The position numbers and the translations under genes are program-made. Shown piece by piece: positions 21,385 to 34,423 of a stretch of DNA of 64,000 nt. This stretch comes from Cladosporium halotolerans (lineage: Eukaryota), in assembly GCF_011745625.1 (NCBI RefSeq), contig NW_027191453.1, positions 1,178,001 to 1,242,000 of the forward strand, read 5' to 3'. Under the pieces are notes generated by a model. The model saw nothing but the letters and a program-made list of their open reading frames with translations. It had not been told where the DNA came from and did no database searches. Numbering within the stretch: position 1 is the first letter of the stretch; every line of letters starts with the position of its first letter.

Positions 21385-24300
21385 TCGCGCGGTCACGTCC
21401 AGGGCGAAGTGACAGGAGACGCATGACTGGAGTCGCAGCGCGCTGCAGAGCGCAGAGGGTTCCGGCAATGCTGGATGCGGCGCGGCGGGCAGACTGGAGG
21501 CCCAGCAGCGCGCCCAAGGCGAGCATTCCTCCGGCCCTGTGCGGATTGTTCCGCCTGGCCATGGCAGCCGGCCGCACCAGCTTGGCTAGCGGAGCTGGAG
21601 GGGCGCGATGGGCAGGTCGTAGTCAGTAGTCAGTCAGGGCTTCGTCGCGCATGGCCGGGCGGCGCCAGCGGAGGCTCGCGGCAGAACGCGTGGGATGTGG
21701 TGCTCGCCTCGCCGCCACACAGGGCTGCCCGCCGGGCCGTGCGCGCGCCAGCAGACGGCGCGCTCTGCGTGCGCACGGAGTGCATGTGATTCTGCACGCC
21801 GGCGCCGCACTCTGTCGTCGAAGCCCTCGAGGGCATGCGGCAGCGCGCTGGCGGCCGTGGCGGGTCTCCAAGACTGTCTGACAGCGGCGGCGGTGGCAGG
21901 GCGGACGGTGGGCCCACGGCGCGAGGGGAGGGCGAGGGCGAGGGCGAGGGCAGCGCGCAGGCACGGAGCGCGAGCAACTACCGAGAGTCCGTGAAAGGCC
22001 ACGGACGGCGAGCTTGCAGAGCGCGAGGGAAGCGTGGGAAGGTCGCGGTGGCAGGTGTATGTGATGCGGCCGCGTTCAGCTAGGGCTTTCTGCGGATGGG
22101 ACGACGGCGGTGCTGCAGCGCCGCGGCGACAAAGTGCGCTTCAAGGGCTCGCGCTCTCGTCTGCACCTGCACCAGCACTCGCAACCACCCTTTGCCCACC
22201 GCCGCCACCGCCCACGAAGTCTCCCTACAAACGCCTCTTCCGCATGCCCTGCAGACACAGTAGGTGCGGCGAAGGATCGCGCGCCGTGTCGGGATCCCAG
22301 CGGCCGGCCGCACCGGCACGCCGTTCGCATACAGTACATAGTTGACAGAAATACCATGGCCTGCATGCGTGGTCTCGGGAACCGCTCCCTCGGTGTCGCC
22401 CCGAGAGGCCCTGCTCGCATCCGCCAGGATCTGCCCGACACCCACGCTGCCACGGGAGTCCAGGGATGAGGGTCAAAGGATGGCTCGCGCGGGACCACCA
22501 CCGCGCAGTGTCTGCCCTCAGGCTCGTTTTCGCCGCCAGCACTCAAGGACCGGTCGTCCCTCTCGGCCGCCGTCCGCGAACGCCGCACCACTTTAGCCGC
22601 AGCCAAGGCGGTGTTCCTTTGCCCCTGACTCGCTCGTCACGATGGGAGCCTTCGCCGTTGAGATGACGCCAGCTTGTGCCGCTACACATGGCCTCGCCAC
22701 GTGAACGACAAGCTCCCTCCTTGTTTCACGTACCTCGCCTGGGGTCCCAGGCATTTCTCCGCCGCCGCGCTAAATTTGCAATGACTCTCTCCAGCCAGTG
22801 CTTCTCCTAACATCTGCAGACCGCCCGCAGCCAGCTCTACCCTGCCATGTCCGATTGCTCGCGGAGATTAGGTAGCGGCTGCTGCACAGTATCGCAGCCG
22901 AGGCACCCTCTCAGCGCGGCCGGCGAGCGGGAAGCGAACTCGTCGTCTTCTCAGCGCTAGGGCCGCGTTGATCTATATCTGCTAGTGCTTTCAGGGCTCG
23001 GGCAATGGCGATGGAGATCGGTAGCCCTGCAGCGGCCAGAACAAAGGTAGCGGCATCGCGGTGTCGCCGAGACCCGCAACGCAACGCGCAACGCGGCGTT
23101 TCGATATCGTACTAAAAATCGTTGCACCTCACTTCCTACCTAGGTAGGTGCCGATGCCAGGCTTGTCAGCAAAGCCGGGCGGGCAGGTGCGGCGTCGCGA
23201 CGCCGGTCACCAATCCAGTGCCAGCCCCGCGAATCATGCTTATTGCACTCAATTTCAACTCCACCCTCGTCTCTTCCCGGTCGCTGCTCACTTCGGCTGC
23301 TATAGCGCCTCGAAAAACGTCAACATGCACGCTGCTGATCTCCCGCGAGGAACATTCGCCTTGCGCAACATATTGATATTGTCATTCTTGAGGTGCAGTC
23401 GCTCGAGCGTTCCGTACCACAAGGCCCAACGCACGCAAGCGCGCACAGACAGTGACGGCAAAAATGCACCTGCCACTGTCACCACTGGCATCCTTCGCTA
23501 CCCACTTGTCTGAAAGCAAAAATAGTGGCTTGGTGCATAAGGTATCTTCCGTGTCCAACTTTCAGCTTTGTGCACAGTAGAACCTGTTTCATCAATCCTT
23601 TTGACGTGCGCACAGCAGTAACCTTATCGCAAATGCTTGAGCTTATACTATAAGCACGATGTGGGAACTCGTTTGAGATGACATTACCTCAGGCGTGCTC
23701 AAGCTCTATAGGCTTATTGCCCTGATGTCACTCCACTGCATTTGCGAGCATTCGTCCGAGGGTTAGATACTGCAGCTCACCGCAGACTCAATATCTCCCA
23801 AACATCTAAGTGACTCAAGAGCCTTGTTGGCCTTCGACTTCGCGCCAGAACGAGTAACACAAACAGACGCTAAAGGAAGATTTTGTCGGCAAGCCTCCTG
23901 GATTCCTGTCGAGTAATAAGCTCAATCCATGTCAAAGATCTCATGGCTTCCTTTTTCCATGTCGTCTTACTATCTCCGCGCAACGCCACAGAGCGGGCCC
24001 TCGCTTATAAAGCGAGCCCCCTCGCATTCGACTCAAGCGTATAGCTCTCGAATCGTTCCTCTCGCACTCCGGTGAATGAAACCAGCAAGTTCCACGCGAA
24101 GCCCTCATGTCAAGGCGTACCCGGTACTGTCTGCCTTACGGCGGCAGACGTCTACTGCGACTCATGCCACAAACCCGAAGACCCCCGTATCCCTGCCCAG
24201 AATGGTGGGGAGGACTCTTCTAGACACGGCCTGCCTTAGCGAATTGCAATATGCGGAACGTCCGGCGAACATGTCGTCGGCGTGATAACTTCTTTGCGGC

Positions 24301-26943
24301 CTGGACTATTGTATGGTTCTAATTTCTCACCCTGCCCTATTGGCAAAGAGCTTTCGGGGCACGCATGGTAGGCGACGTTGCAGGATGCCCGGTTGCTGGA
24401 GGGCTGATTTCTTCAACCCTCAAATTGGACAATGCCCAACCCTTTTCCGACGGCGGTGAATCTGCACGTGCTACCAACAACGGCGACGAGGACCTCTTCG
24501 GTTGAACGCAGCATGTTGAGCAGTGCGTTGCTCGCCTCAGCAAGCACCTCTTCCTCCTCGCCTCCGACCCAATCGCCGGGTCTCTGACCTACGTGGGCAG
24601 CCTCCGGACTGAATCCTTCCCAATACCCTGTGCAGTTGCACCCACACGGCCACGCTCGCGAGTGGCACTGAGAAAGCACGCCTGATTGTACGTCCGCCAT
24701 CGGGGAGCCTTCCGGCGTCTCTGGCTGCACGACAAGTCCGGCTTCAACACCGGCAAACGTTAACAAATGACACCGAGCACCGGCTCCGAACAAAGTGGGT
24801 TCGAGTAACATGCCGGGCTTGACCTCCCAGCGATAACAGCGTCGGCCCCGAACTTTCTTCATCCTTCTGCAACGTCCGCGGCGTTCGAATGGTGGAAGCC
24901 GGGCTGGGCTCCACCGCGTCTTTTGCCGCGATGTGACGGCTCGCACAGATGGCAGCTTGCGTCCTGATGTACTGTAGCCTGTAAGTGGGTGTTGGCAGAC
25001 GTCCATTTTCGTGGAGGAGCGCCTCGGGCCAAGTCTTTCCACGCGTTCACACGACGCTCGAGTGGCTCGTCAGGCGCTCTCTCGCTACCAACCCGCACTG
25101 GAGAGGCCGAATCGACGATCTCGTAAAGAGCCCTCCCTTCCTACAGATCTGCAAAGAGACACATTCGAAAAAAGCATCCTTCGCAGGTCTCATTCAATTC
25201 ATGGAAAATTCCGCGGCAGTATCGTCAGACTTCAGGTCCGCGCCTCATAGCAGAGCAGCACAAGCCCAGCGCTCGAAACTCTCGTGCCCACATGACGTGC
25301 AGCCCACGCCCTCTGCCTGCCTTTTTCCCAAGCGTGGAAGCATCCGACCCTCAAGCCTGACAGTTCCTGATCAGCACGTAGGGCTAGAGTGTCAATCACA
25401 ACGGTCTATCCACGGACATCTCCCGACTCTAGGCGCTCGCTGCACTACCCACAAACACAGAGCCCTGTATGTAAGGCGTCCCACGAGTCCGCAGACATTA
25501 TTGTTTCTCCGCGTCGACTTTCCATCCTCCGACGTCCACCGCGCAAGCGCATGGCACGGACGGACCAAGACGTCAAGGCGCAAAAAATCCTCTGACACCG
25601 TCTGAACTATCCGGCGCTGACAGATGTCGTCGTCGCCGTCGTCGTCGTCGTCGCAGCCCGTCCCGATTTTCCCACATCGTCGAATCTTATCTGATGATGG
25701 TGCGACTTCTTGGCGGGGCTCGGGTCGGAAGCTCCCGGCCGGGGCCGGCGAAACCTCGTGCGACAATGGGATGATACGCGTTGGGTTCGAACGCGTGCGA
25801 ACGTATTTAGAATTTCAGCATCGCGACTATGTCTCACGGCAAAAAGAAGGTATTTGCCGGCCGTTTTGTGACTTGGGCGGCGATGTGTGTGATGGCGTTT
25901 CAGGGAGCGAGAGGCGGGGGAAAGCCGGTGTGATGCGGTGATACCGTTTTTGGGAGGGGGTCGGTCGGGCGATTCAGGACGAGGGGGGTTTGGGTGAGGC
26001 TGTGCAAGACGTTGACGGAAAAACAATGAGAGAAACACAGGCACAATGGTTGGCTAGCGAGTCGTGTGGCGATGGTGGAGTGCGGATGCTGATTCTGGTG
26101 TTTGATAGTATGTCATTTTGGGTCCGTAATGCGAATGCCTGGCTGCCACGAGGATGTCAAGAATCGCACGTGGGTTTGAAGATTGAGCCTAGAACTCCCG
26201 TGTTCGCGAGTCCTACTCCCGCTCCTATTGCTTTGCGCGGAAAGCGATTGCAAGATCGCAGACGGTCTTGCGGAATTCTGGATACCAAGTGAGAGCAAAA
26301 TTACCCTGATCGCACCCTCAAGTATCAAGGCCCGCTTGTGTTCATCCCACTACCGAGTATCGAATATTCACATTGAACTCATGATTTACAGACTGAAGCT
26401 CCAATACGGGATGAGCTTGTTGATTGAGGTCGCGAAGCCCCATCGTCTCGCCTCCCGATTATCTGTTTCCTTCCGACGTTAATGAGTGATGCGAAACGTC
26501 GTCGTTGGTGATATAAGTGCCAGCGGAATACAGCAACAGAAGCGATGGTTTCTGTAGGGGCTCCGTGGAAATCGCCAGAGTTTTCCCTCAGATTCGACCT
26601 TGATGGCTGGAAAGAATGTCACTGCAGTGAAACAAACGGGCGTTTGTTGAGAATGCTCGATGGATTTAGGAGCGATGACGAACTGATCACCTTTTCGAAT
26701 GCGAAGTACGTATGCTCAGTAGTTCGTAGCAAGCAGCAATCGATAATCTGGATTACGCTAAGAAAGCAGGCATCTCTATGTATCAGACCAATGGCCGTGG
26801 GTATCATACCAAAAGGCGTCCTTGTGGTCAAGAAAAAGGCTCAAAAACGAACAAGAAGGAAATTGCCAGAACCCATCTTTCACCTCAATCTTCCAAGCAT
26901 CCCAGCCCCCAGAAAATAAAGATCATTTACTCTCCACTCGCTC

Positions 26944-27576
26944 TCAATACTTATCCCTCGGCCCCAGCGCGCTCTTCAGCAGCCCAAACATCGAATAAAT
27001 CGAATCCACCATCGTCGGCCTCTCATTCGTGCGATTCGGATGCGAGCTCTGCTTCTCCTTGCGCCTTCTCCGAGCCCGCCGTTCCTCCCTGTCGCTGTCG
27101 TCGTACGATGAGTGCTTCGAGTGCCGTGACCGTCTGCTGTCCCTCGAGAGCCGGCTGTCATGCGAGTGCCGGCTCTCGTAGGAGTGGCGCGAGCGCTGGC
27201 TCGCGTAGCTGGGTCGCCGGCCGTAGTCGTCCATGAGCGGCGGTGGAGGAGGGCGCGTGTAGCTGTTGTGTCGGGAGTGGGCGGCGGAGGAGGGTGGTGG
27301 TTGGAAGGATTGTACGGGCTGGGGCATTGGAAGAGGGTTTTGCGGTGGCGCGTAGGGGGGTTGTTGTGGGTATGGTGGTTGCTGTTGCGGATCGTATGGT
27401 TGTTGGTAGGGTCCGAGGAGCGAGGGTTCCGGTTGGGTAGGTGGTGGATTCGAGTAGGCTCGTGGCCGATATCTTTCCGCTGTTGAGCTGTTGGTGCGGG
27501 TGCGGTTGCTCTCGGGGCGTGCGTGGGGCGGTTGTTGAGGTTGGTATATGCCGCCTGGAGGTGGGTAGGACGACAT
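26944..27576 (-). CDS. Small Pro/Gln/Tyr-rich, Ser/Arg/His-rich hypothetical protein
   Basis: 210-codon ORF with ATG start, low-complexity PPY/QQP and SRHS tracts, and a C-terminal amphipathic-looking segment RPTMVDSIYSMFGLLKSAL. Confidence 0.72.
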   Translation of the reverse strand: MSSYPPPGGIYQPQQPPHARPESNRTRTNSSTAERYRPRAYSNPPPTQPEPSLLGPYQQPYDPQQQPPYPQQPPYAPPQNPLPMPQPVQSFQPPPSSAAHSRHNSYTRPPPPPLMDDYGRRPSYASQRSRHSYESRHSHDSRLSRDSRRSRHSKHSSYDDSDREERRARRRRKEKQSSHPNRTNERPTMVDSIYSMFGLLKSALGPRDKY

Positions 27577-29126
27577 AGTGGACTGATCCAGATCTTGAGA
27601 TGTAGCTTGAGTGAAATGGTTCCGATTACAAGAGCGAGTTTGAGTGATCTATCGGGTTTAATCCGCAAAGTTGTCCTCGATATGACGGGCTTGCGAAGAT
27701 GACAAAGCTGTCATGCGAGCATCCGGCAGAGAAAGCTCTGGTCACAAGAGATTCGCCACGTGAAAATTTAAGCTCGTGGCGGCGTGTGTGTGAAAGAGTT
27801 TGGACTACTTGTCACTTGAAGTGTGTATATATCATGATCCGTCATGAGAAGCTGAGCGCAGATCGCAGGGCCCACATGAAAGGCCGGTGTGATGAGGCTG
27901 TGGTGTCGGGGAGGGGCGATGGTGCAGAGAGGAGCTACGCGAGTAATATACGTTGTGCAACCGTATATGATTGGTTACGAAGGCAGCATTCCAGGCAGAA
28001 AGCAGAGACTCTGTCTGAGCAGCCGTGAAGCGGCACTGCCGGTGAGGCAGGGCTCAAAGATACTTCGTGAAGGGCGAAGCACAGCTGCTAGCCAGGTACA
28101 GCGGCCTTGGACTTCGTCTCAGGAGGAACATGCAGACACCCCTAACATCCCAAAGCTGAGCGCGTGCATGTCCCGAGTGGCATGTGGAGGTGGCGCCGCC
28201 CATGCAGCGGAGAGTGACGTATTCATCTTGATCTGCAGGACAGGTCCTTGCTATCACTACGCCACCAGTATCTAGAAGCGAGATGGCAGCTGGCGTAGAC
28301 TTTTTGGATATGTCCTTGTGGAGATTGCGTAGGCAATCATGGCCGAGAAGTGCCTCGTTCGCACCTGTATCGTCTGATGTCCTTATCGTTCTGGAGGTTC
28401 GCGACCTACAACACCACTCCACGCAGGCGATTTAGCTGACTCGCCATGACTGCATCGATCGGGGCTCTTGCGATATTCCAGACAGCCACGTACGACTGAT
28501 GCTTGGTTGATCCAGCGATCCTCAAGCTGATCATACCTGCTCCACAGCTCCATCGGGATGTTTGTTGTGATAATAGCGTGGCAGGGCTCCGGGGCCGGTG
28601 ATCGGACGCGGCCGCTCAGCCTCGCCAGGCTGAGTGGCAGTGCCATGCGCGCAATTTAGCGTGCGCAAGCTCCACATCCGTGCCAGCCTTGCAGTGGTTT
28701 GCCGTGTATGCTTGATGTGTTCGTGACATCTGTAAGTAGGAGTCGCACGACTACACACGATGCATCTTAGGAGGGAATCGTTTGCACCGCAGCAACAGTG
28801 TCGTGTGCTCCCCGACCCGGCCCGCGTGCGAGAATGACAAGACGGCAAGCGAGGCTAGTGCCTTAGCAGAGGAGGGACGACGACATCGCCCCGCCATATC
28901 ATCAGATGCCAGCCCCGCCGCGTGTGAAGACGTGCGAAGGAACAGCAACCTCAGCTTGGCCACCCTCAGCCTCACACAGCCTGCCTTCCGCGTTTGCACC
29001 GCCCGAGTACAAAGTGACTGGTCTCGCCACCACTACCTAAGTACACGCAATACTAGGCAACCTACATATCTCGATCGCGCGCAGCTTCACGGCCTCAGGT
29101 TATCACGCATACAGAAGCAACTTACC

Positions 29127-30675
29127 ATGTCCTACTACGGCGGCGGTCCGCCGCAAGGCTACGGTCAGCCTCCTCGTGAGTCGTCGCCACCTTTACACTC
29201 TCGTGCAGTGTCTCGTGACTAATCATCTCGATAGCTCATCATCAACAAGGCTACGGCCAGCCTCCTCGTGAGTGAACACCACGTGGATGCGCATCCGCAT
29301 GTGCGGCTTGCACAACGTCGACGCTGACCTATCACGTCTGCAGCTCCTCAGCAAGGCTACGGTCAACCGCCACAAGGCGGCGGATACGGTCCTCCGCCGG
29401 GCCAGCAGCAGTTCGGCGGGTACGGTGCACCGCCTGGGCCTCCTCCGCAACACGGCGGCTACGGCGCGCCTCCGCCACCTCATGGACCGCCTGGTGGGCA
29501 ATATGGAGCTCCTCCGCCAGGTCAATACGGCGCCCCTCCTCCAGGCCAGTATGGTGCTCCGCCCCAAGCTCAGTACGGTGCACCGCCTCCAGGTCAGTAT
29601 AGCGCACCACCCGGAGGCCAATACGGTGCTCCACCCTCAGGCCCTCCAACGGCTCCAAGTCCCGGTTACGTCCCTGGTCAAATGTCGCACGTGGACATGG
29701 GACAGGCAGCGGACGGACTGCGTAAAGCCATGAAGGGCTTCGGCACCGATGAGAAGCTCTTGATCCAGATCTTGGCACCTATGGGTCCTCTCGAGGTAGC
29801 TGGTGTGAAAGCCGCATTCGCCAGGAACCACAAGGGCCGCGACCTCATGAAAGACGTCCACTCTGAGACATCTGGCTATTTCCGTGAAGGTCTGGAGGCC
29901 ATTATCAGAGGTCCGCTTGAGCAGGACTGCCACGTTCTGCGCGAGGGTATTGGTGGCATTGGCACTAAAGAGGACCAGATTAACGAGGTGCTCCTGTCCC
30001 GCTCTAACGCGGACATTAATGCCATCAAGCAACATTACCACCGCACCTACAAGCGCTCGCTCCAGGATGACCTGAGAGGTGACCTCAGCGGCAAGACAGA
30101 GCGTCTGTTCGACATGGTGCTCGCCGCACGCCGCAACGAAGATTCAGCTCCGGTCATCCCTCAGCAAATCGACATGGACGTGAACGAGCTATACAAAGCC
30201 ACCGAGGGTATACCCACCAGCATCAAACTTAGCCTTACCCTGCCCTCACTAACCCTCCCTCCCAGGCAAAATGGGCACCGACGAGCTCCAAGTCTGCTCC
30301 ATCATCTCCTCGCGCAACACCAACCAGCTCTGCGCCATCGCCCAAGCTTACCACACCCGCTACCAGCGCAGCCTCGAAGAGTGCATCCGCAAGGAATTCT
30401 CTGGCCACATGGAATCCGCGCTGCTGTACATGGTGCGGCGCGCCGTGGACCCGGCCAAGCACGACGCGGACCTGCTCGAGGCCGCCATGGCCGGCATGGG
30501 CACCAAGGACGTCGCGCTCGTGCGCCGCATCGTCGCCGTGCACTGGAACCGCGACCGCCTGCAGCAGTGCAAGGGCGCCTACCGCCACTTCTACAAGCGC
30601 GAGCTGGCGGACCGCCTGAAGGGCGAGACGAGCGGGGACTACGAGCGGCTTGTGGTGGCATGTGTTAGCCCGTAA
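29127..30675 (+). CDS. Annexin with G/Y/P/Q-rich N-terminal tail
   Basis: Endonexin-type motifs KAMKGFGTDE, GIGGIGTKE, GKMGTDE and AMAGMGTKD, plus SETSGYF and GETSGDYE. Exons are 29127-29175, 29235-29267, 29344-30207 and 30266-30675. Confidence 0.93.
29499..29636 (+). repeat. Coding tandem repeat, 24-nt unit (QYGAPPPG-like), about 6 copies
   Basis: Translation QYGAPPPG QYGAPPPG QYGAPPQA QYGAPPPG QYSAPPGG QYGAPP in the annexin N-terminal tail. Confidence 0.85.
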
Positions 30676-31160
30676 TGTCCTTTTTTTTGTTTTGCGGCCG
30701 CGGGCTGACTTTTGCTTTTTTTGTTAGATTTTCGAGGTCTGAGGAGTGTTAGTCTCCTCCGGTCTTGGGACAAATCGGCCTCACGGCTGGCTTGGTAGCG
30801 AGCGTCTTTTGGCGGACGGCTTTCGGATGTTTCATGATTGATGCCTGCGATGAACGGGTTGGAATGGCGGAATCGGAAGATAATGATCGCAACTATGTAC
30901 ATATGGTAGCTGTGTAATTCCTGGCAAAGTCTTCTCGTTGCATTTCTCGTCAAAACGCTCAGCGCGAATTCATCCCATCTCTCCCGTCGACTTCTATATC
31001 CCAACAATCCCTCCCTAGTCCGTCTCGAATGAGAGCACGCAGCTCGGTTTGCAAGGCCGATTGCGCGTTCTGTGTGGTCACAATCGCTCTGCTAAAATGA
31101 AGTTCGGGAGAAAAGATGGGACGAAAATTCGTAAGATCGTCAAAAAATGTAAAATATACG

Positions 31161-31241
31161 TGAGCAATACCCGATTTGAACGGATGACCTTGTGGATGTC
31201 CCTAACTGGAATCACACGCGCTACCGCTGCGCCAATCGCCC
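31161..31241 (-). tRNA. tRNA-Trp(CCA) with 9-nt intron (31205-31197)
   Basis: Acceptor stem GGGCGAT/ATTGCTC, D-arm GCGC-AGCGGTA-GCGC, anticodon CCA (31209-31207) and T-arm ATCCG-TTCAAAT-CGGGT. It is 72 nt after intron removal, with oligo-T Pol III terminators downstream. Confidence 0.9.
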
Positions 31242-32818
31242 GCGAGTTATTGGTTGGAAAAGATTTTAATCAATTATATTACTTTAAGATTAGATCCAGG
31301 TGATGCTTTTCACACCTCGCTACGTCGTACTCTGACACCTCACCAGGCCCAAATTAAAAATCAAAGCCATTCAAACAGCAACGCTAGGGCCAATAACTTC
31401 ATAAAATTCAATTGTCGAAGTAACTTGGTCTTCATCTCTGTGTCTTTCATGATCGGGATTGCTTACAATCATCAATTTGATGCCGAGAACCCCGTGGAAT
31501 GCCACCACGTCAGAAAAGAACATGAAATGAACTCCCTACGATAGGTTGTTCAAGAGAGGATCAGTCTGTAAGTCCTTTTCAGCAGAGTCGGGATTGACAT
31601 GAGCTTCTTAGGACCGGCTTGATACCACAGGCGAGCACTTATTGTAGATAATTGGCTATTATCGCCCATAGTCGCATATGGAACAACAAGAGAGAGGAAC
31701 TTATCTTGCTGCCGAACCACTATGTAGATGACTCTTGCCGACGTATTCTTGAGACTTGAGATTTGGTGCACTAGCATCTCACGCACAGCTACAGTGTTTA
31801 ACGAGTTCGTCAACGTTTTTTCGACCAGCCACGAAGACGATCTGACCATCGGCGTGATCCAATATACATAGAAATACTCCAAGCATAGCCATACCTACAT
31901 GTAACGCTTGTATGTGGATGATTGCACCTGCTTCTTCCTGCCGAAAGATAATGCGGTACGGTTGCGAGGGTTAGGGTTGGGGCAAGCTTGTCTCCAGCCA
32001 TCCTCCGCTTCCCAGCTGCTGCGATGTCTTCTCATCACGATAACCACGGATATGACATCTGATCGTCACGAAACGTCAGGAACCAGATGGTGGGACTGGT
32101 AAACCGAAAGGAGCCACAGTCGGCAAAGCGATGGATGTACAGGAGTGGTATTTGACAAGAAGCTTCCATCGTGGAAGCCCCCGATGCATGGCTCCCTCGG
32201 CAAGAAACCCCAAACGCGAACACTCATTCCAATTCTCTCGAACGAGATCGCTAGAAGAGAAGCTCAAGGCCTCGTGTGGGTGACTGGCAAGATGAGACAG
32301 TCCGTCTTCTCGAAGTCAACCTCATGCTGCCAGCATGTCAGGGCCAAACGCACCCCTCTGGCCTAATCGCATCCGATGCACAGTGCCATCATTCGAACAG
32401 CGACATGAACATGAACATTAGGTGGAAATAGCACTGATTCGCAGACATCTGGCATACACCTGGATCTGCCTCCCGCCCAGGTTGGAGGCCAGCTTATGTG
32501 AGTTTTTATATCACAATTGGGCTGCAACGGCAGCACGATGATCACTTGAAGAAGAGCGAAAGTAAGCAAAGCAATCTTTTTCATACGCAATTTTGAGGGT
32601 CTACCTAACAGCATGCAATGGCCGATGGCCACGAGAGCGCCGCTGGTAACCTGTAGTCTGCTGTCGTCTTCAGGATGAAGACTTCAGACCGTCCGCCATC
32701 TGGCCATCGTTTCGCATTTCAAGAACAAAGGAAAGAAAGCTCATTTGGGTCGCTTCGCGCCTGCAAAGCGGCCTTGAAAAGGCAGCTGGACCATTAGAGT
32801 GACATGCACAGTGGCCGT

Positions 32819-34423
32819 CTACCAACCGCCATCACCCTCCTCGGTCTCGGCAGCCGGCTTGGTGCACCTCTTGTACGAGTGGCCCTTCTCGTGGCAGTTG
32901 GAGCACTCCACACGAGACCAGTCGGTCGGCTTGGGGCAGTCGCGGCTGGTGTGGCCGAAGTCGTCGCAGTTGCGGCACTTCACCTTGGCCATGTTGCGCG
33001 GCTCAGGGCACTCCTTGGAGACGTGACCCTCCTGGTCGCAGTTATGGCAGGTGACGACACGCTCCTTCTCGCAGTCCTTGGCGCGGTGACCCTCCTCGCC
33101 GCAGTTGCGGCAGGTCTCCGGCTCACGGTCCGGGCAGTCGCGGGCGAAATGGCCCATCTTGGAGCAGTGCTTGCACTCGACGTTGTCCATGTTCTGAGGC
33201 TCGGTGCACTCCTTGGCCATGTGGCCTTCTTGACCACAGTTGCGGCAGCCGCCTCCTCCACGCTGCTTGAGGGGCTGCTTGCAGTCGCGAACACGGTGGC
33301 CGATCTCGTCGCAGTTGACGCATTGCTCGACGATCTTCTCCGGCTCACGCTTTTCCTCCGGGCATTTGCCTCTGGTGTGGCCAACCTCATCGCAGTTGGA
33401 GCAGACGATGACAAAGCTATCCATTGGGAAACCAGCCTCCGTCAGACGAGCCAGGTTCTCCTCCGGATCGCTGGGCCAACCCCCAGCGAACTTGGCGCGC
33501 TTCGGCTCAGAGGACCACTGGATGGAGACGGTGTACTTCTGGTCGATCTTGCCCTGCAAGTTGACTAGAGTCCAGTTGACTGCAATCTCCTGCTCCTTGG
33601 CAATGAGGTGGGTATTGAACTCCTTGCCACGGAAGATCTGCTCCAGCTCCTCGAAAGTTGTAGAGCCGACGGATTTTGCGAACATGAGCAGAGCCTTAAG
33701 TCTGTCAGTAAGGTATCAGAGTTCACAATCGAAAAATTAGCGCATACCTTCTTGATCGCAACCGACTCCTTCGACTCGTCAGCCGCCTTCAGTGCAGCCC
33801 AGGCCTCCTCGGGACTCATGACATCATCCTCGAGGATGCCGTTCAAAACGAAGAGGCGGTTGGCATCGCATTCGGTAGCGATGTGGCCTGTCTTCTTGCA
33901 AGCACGGCAAACCTGCGGGCCCTGCTCGGGACAGTCGGCCTTGCGGTGGCCAGTCTGGCCACAGCCACGGCACTCGCCAGTGAATTCGCGCTCGACGGTC
34001 GGATTCGGGCAGTCAGCCTTGTTGTGGCCTGGCTCGTTGCAGTTGTAGCAGAGGCCAGAGTTGGCGCCTTCCATCCTCGGCTGAGGGCAGTTACGCGAGA
34101 AATGACCTTCGCCACCGCAGCTGATAAATGTTAGTTCTGGCGACTTGAGCAAACCTCTAGTTTGCCGCTGGAGAGGACTCACTTGTGGCAGATGTCTCCG
34201 CCACCACCGCCATGCTTGGAGACGTTGTTGCCAAGGTATCCAGTCTCTTCGTCCCCATCGAAGCCGCCGCCACCAGCATTGTCAGGAGCCCAAGTGGAGG
34301 AAGCGGCGGTGAAGCCGTCGTTGCCGATATCGGCCGCTGCGAGGTATATTAGTTCAACCGCTCATCGAACCGGGAGGAGCTGCAATGCTACTGACCAGCC
34401 GGAGCGGCGTTCCAGTCAGACAT
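32819..34423 (-). CDS. Multi-CCHC zinc-knuckle nucleic-acid-binding protein (12 knuckles, CnjB-like)
   Basis: Twelve CxxCxxxGHxxxxC motifs (4 + spacer domain + 8). Exons are 34423-34396, 34336-34183, 34120-33748 and 33694-32819. Confidence 0.88.

Noticed and set aside
20736..23513. Many overlapping 60-180 aa ORFs
   Set aside because: Expected by chance in very GC-rich sequence; R/A/G/P-rich translations on both strands with no domain or codon bias.
24985..25605. 206-codon plus-strand ORF
   Set aside because: GTG start, no recognised motif and no convincing exon chain; kept only as part of the gene-free-interval finding.
31550..31882. 110-codon minus-strand ORF in an AT-richer stretch next to the tRNA
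   Set aside because: Non-ATG start, no recognisable domain, and no transposon hallmarks (no terminal repeats or transposase/RT motifs).
31967..31978. AGGGTTAGGGTT as a possible telomerase RNA template or interstitial telomere
   Set aside because: Only two units. I could not identify a pseudoknot or CR4/5-like element nearby, and the surrounding text reads like a degraded coding frame.
32819..34423. CCHC knuckles as a retrotransposon gag
   Set aside because: Twelve knuckles, spliceosomal introns, and no protease/RT/integrase or LTRs indicate a cellular protein.
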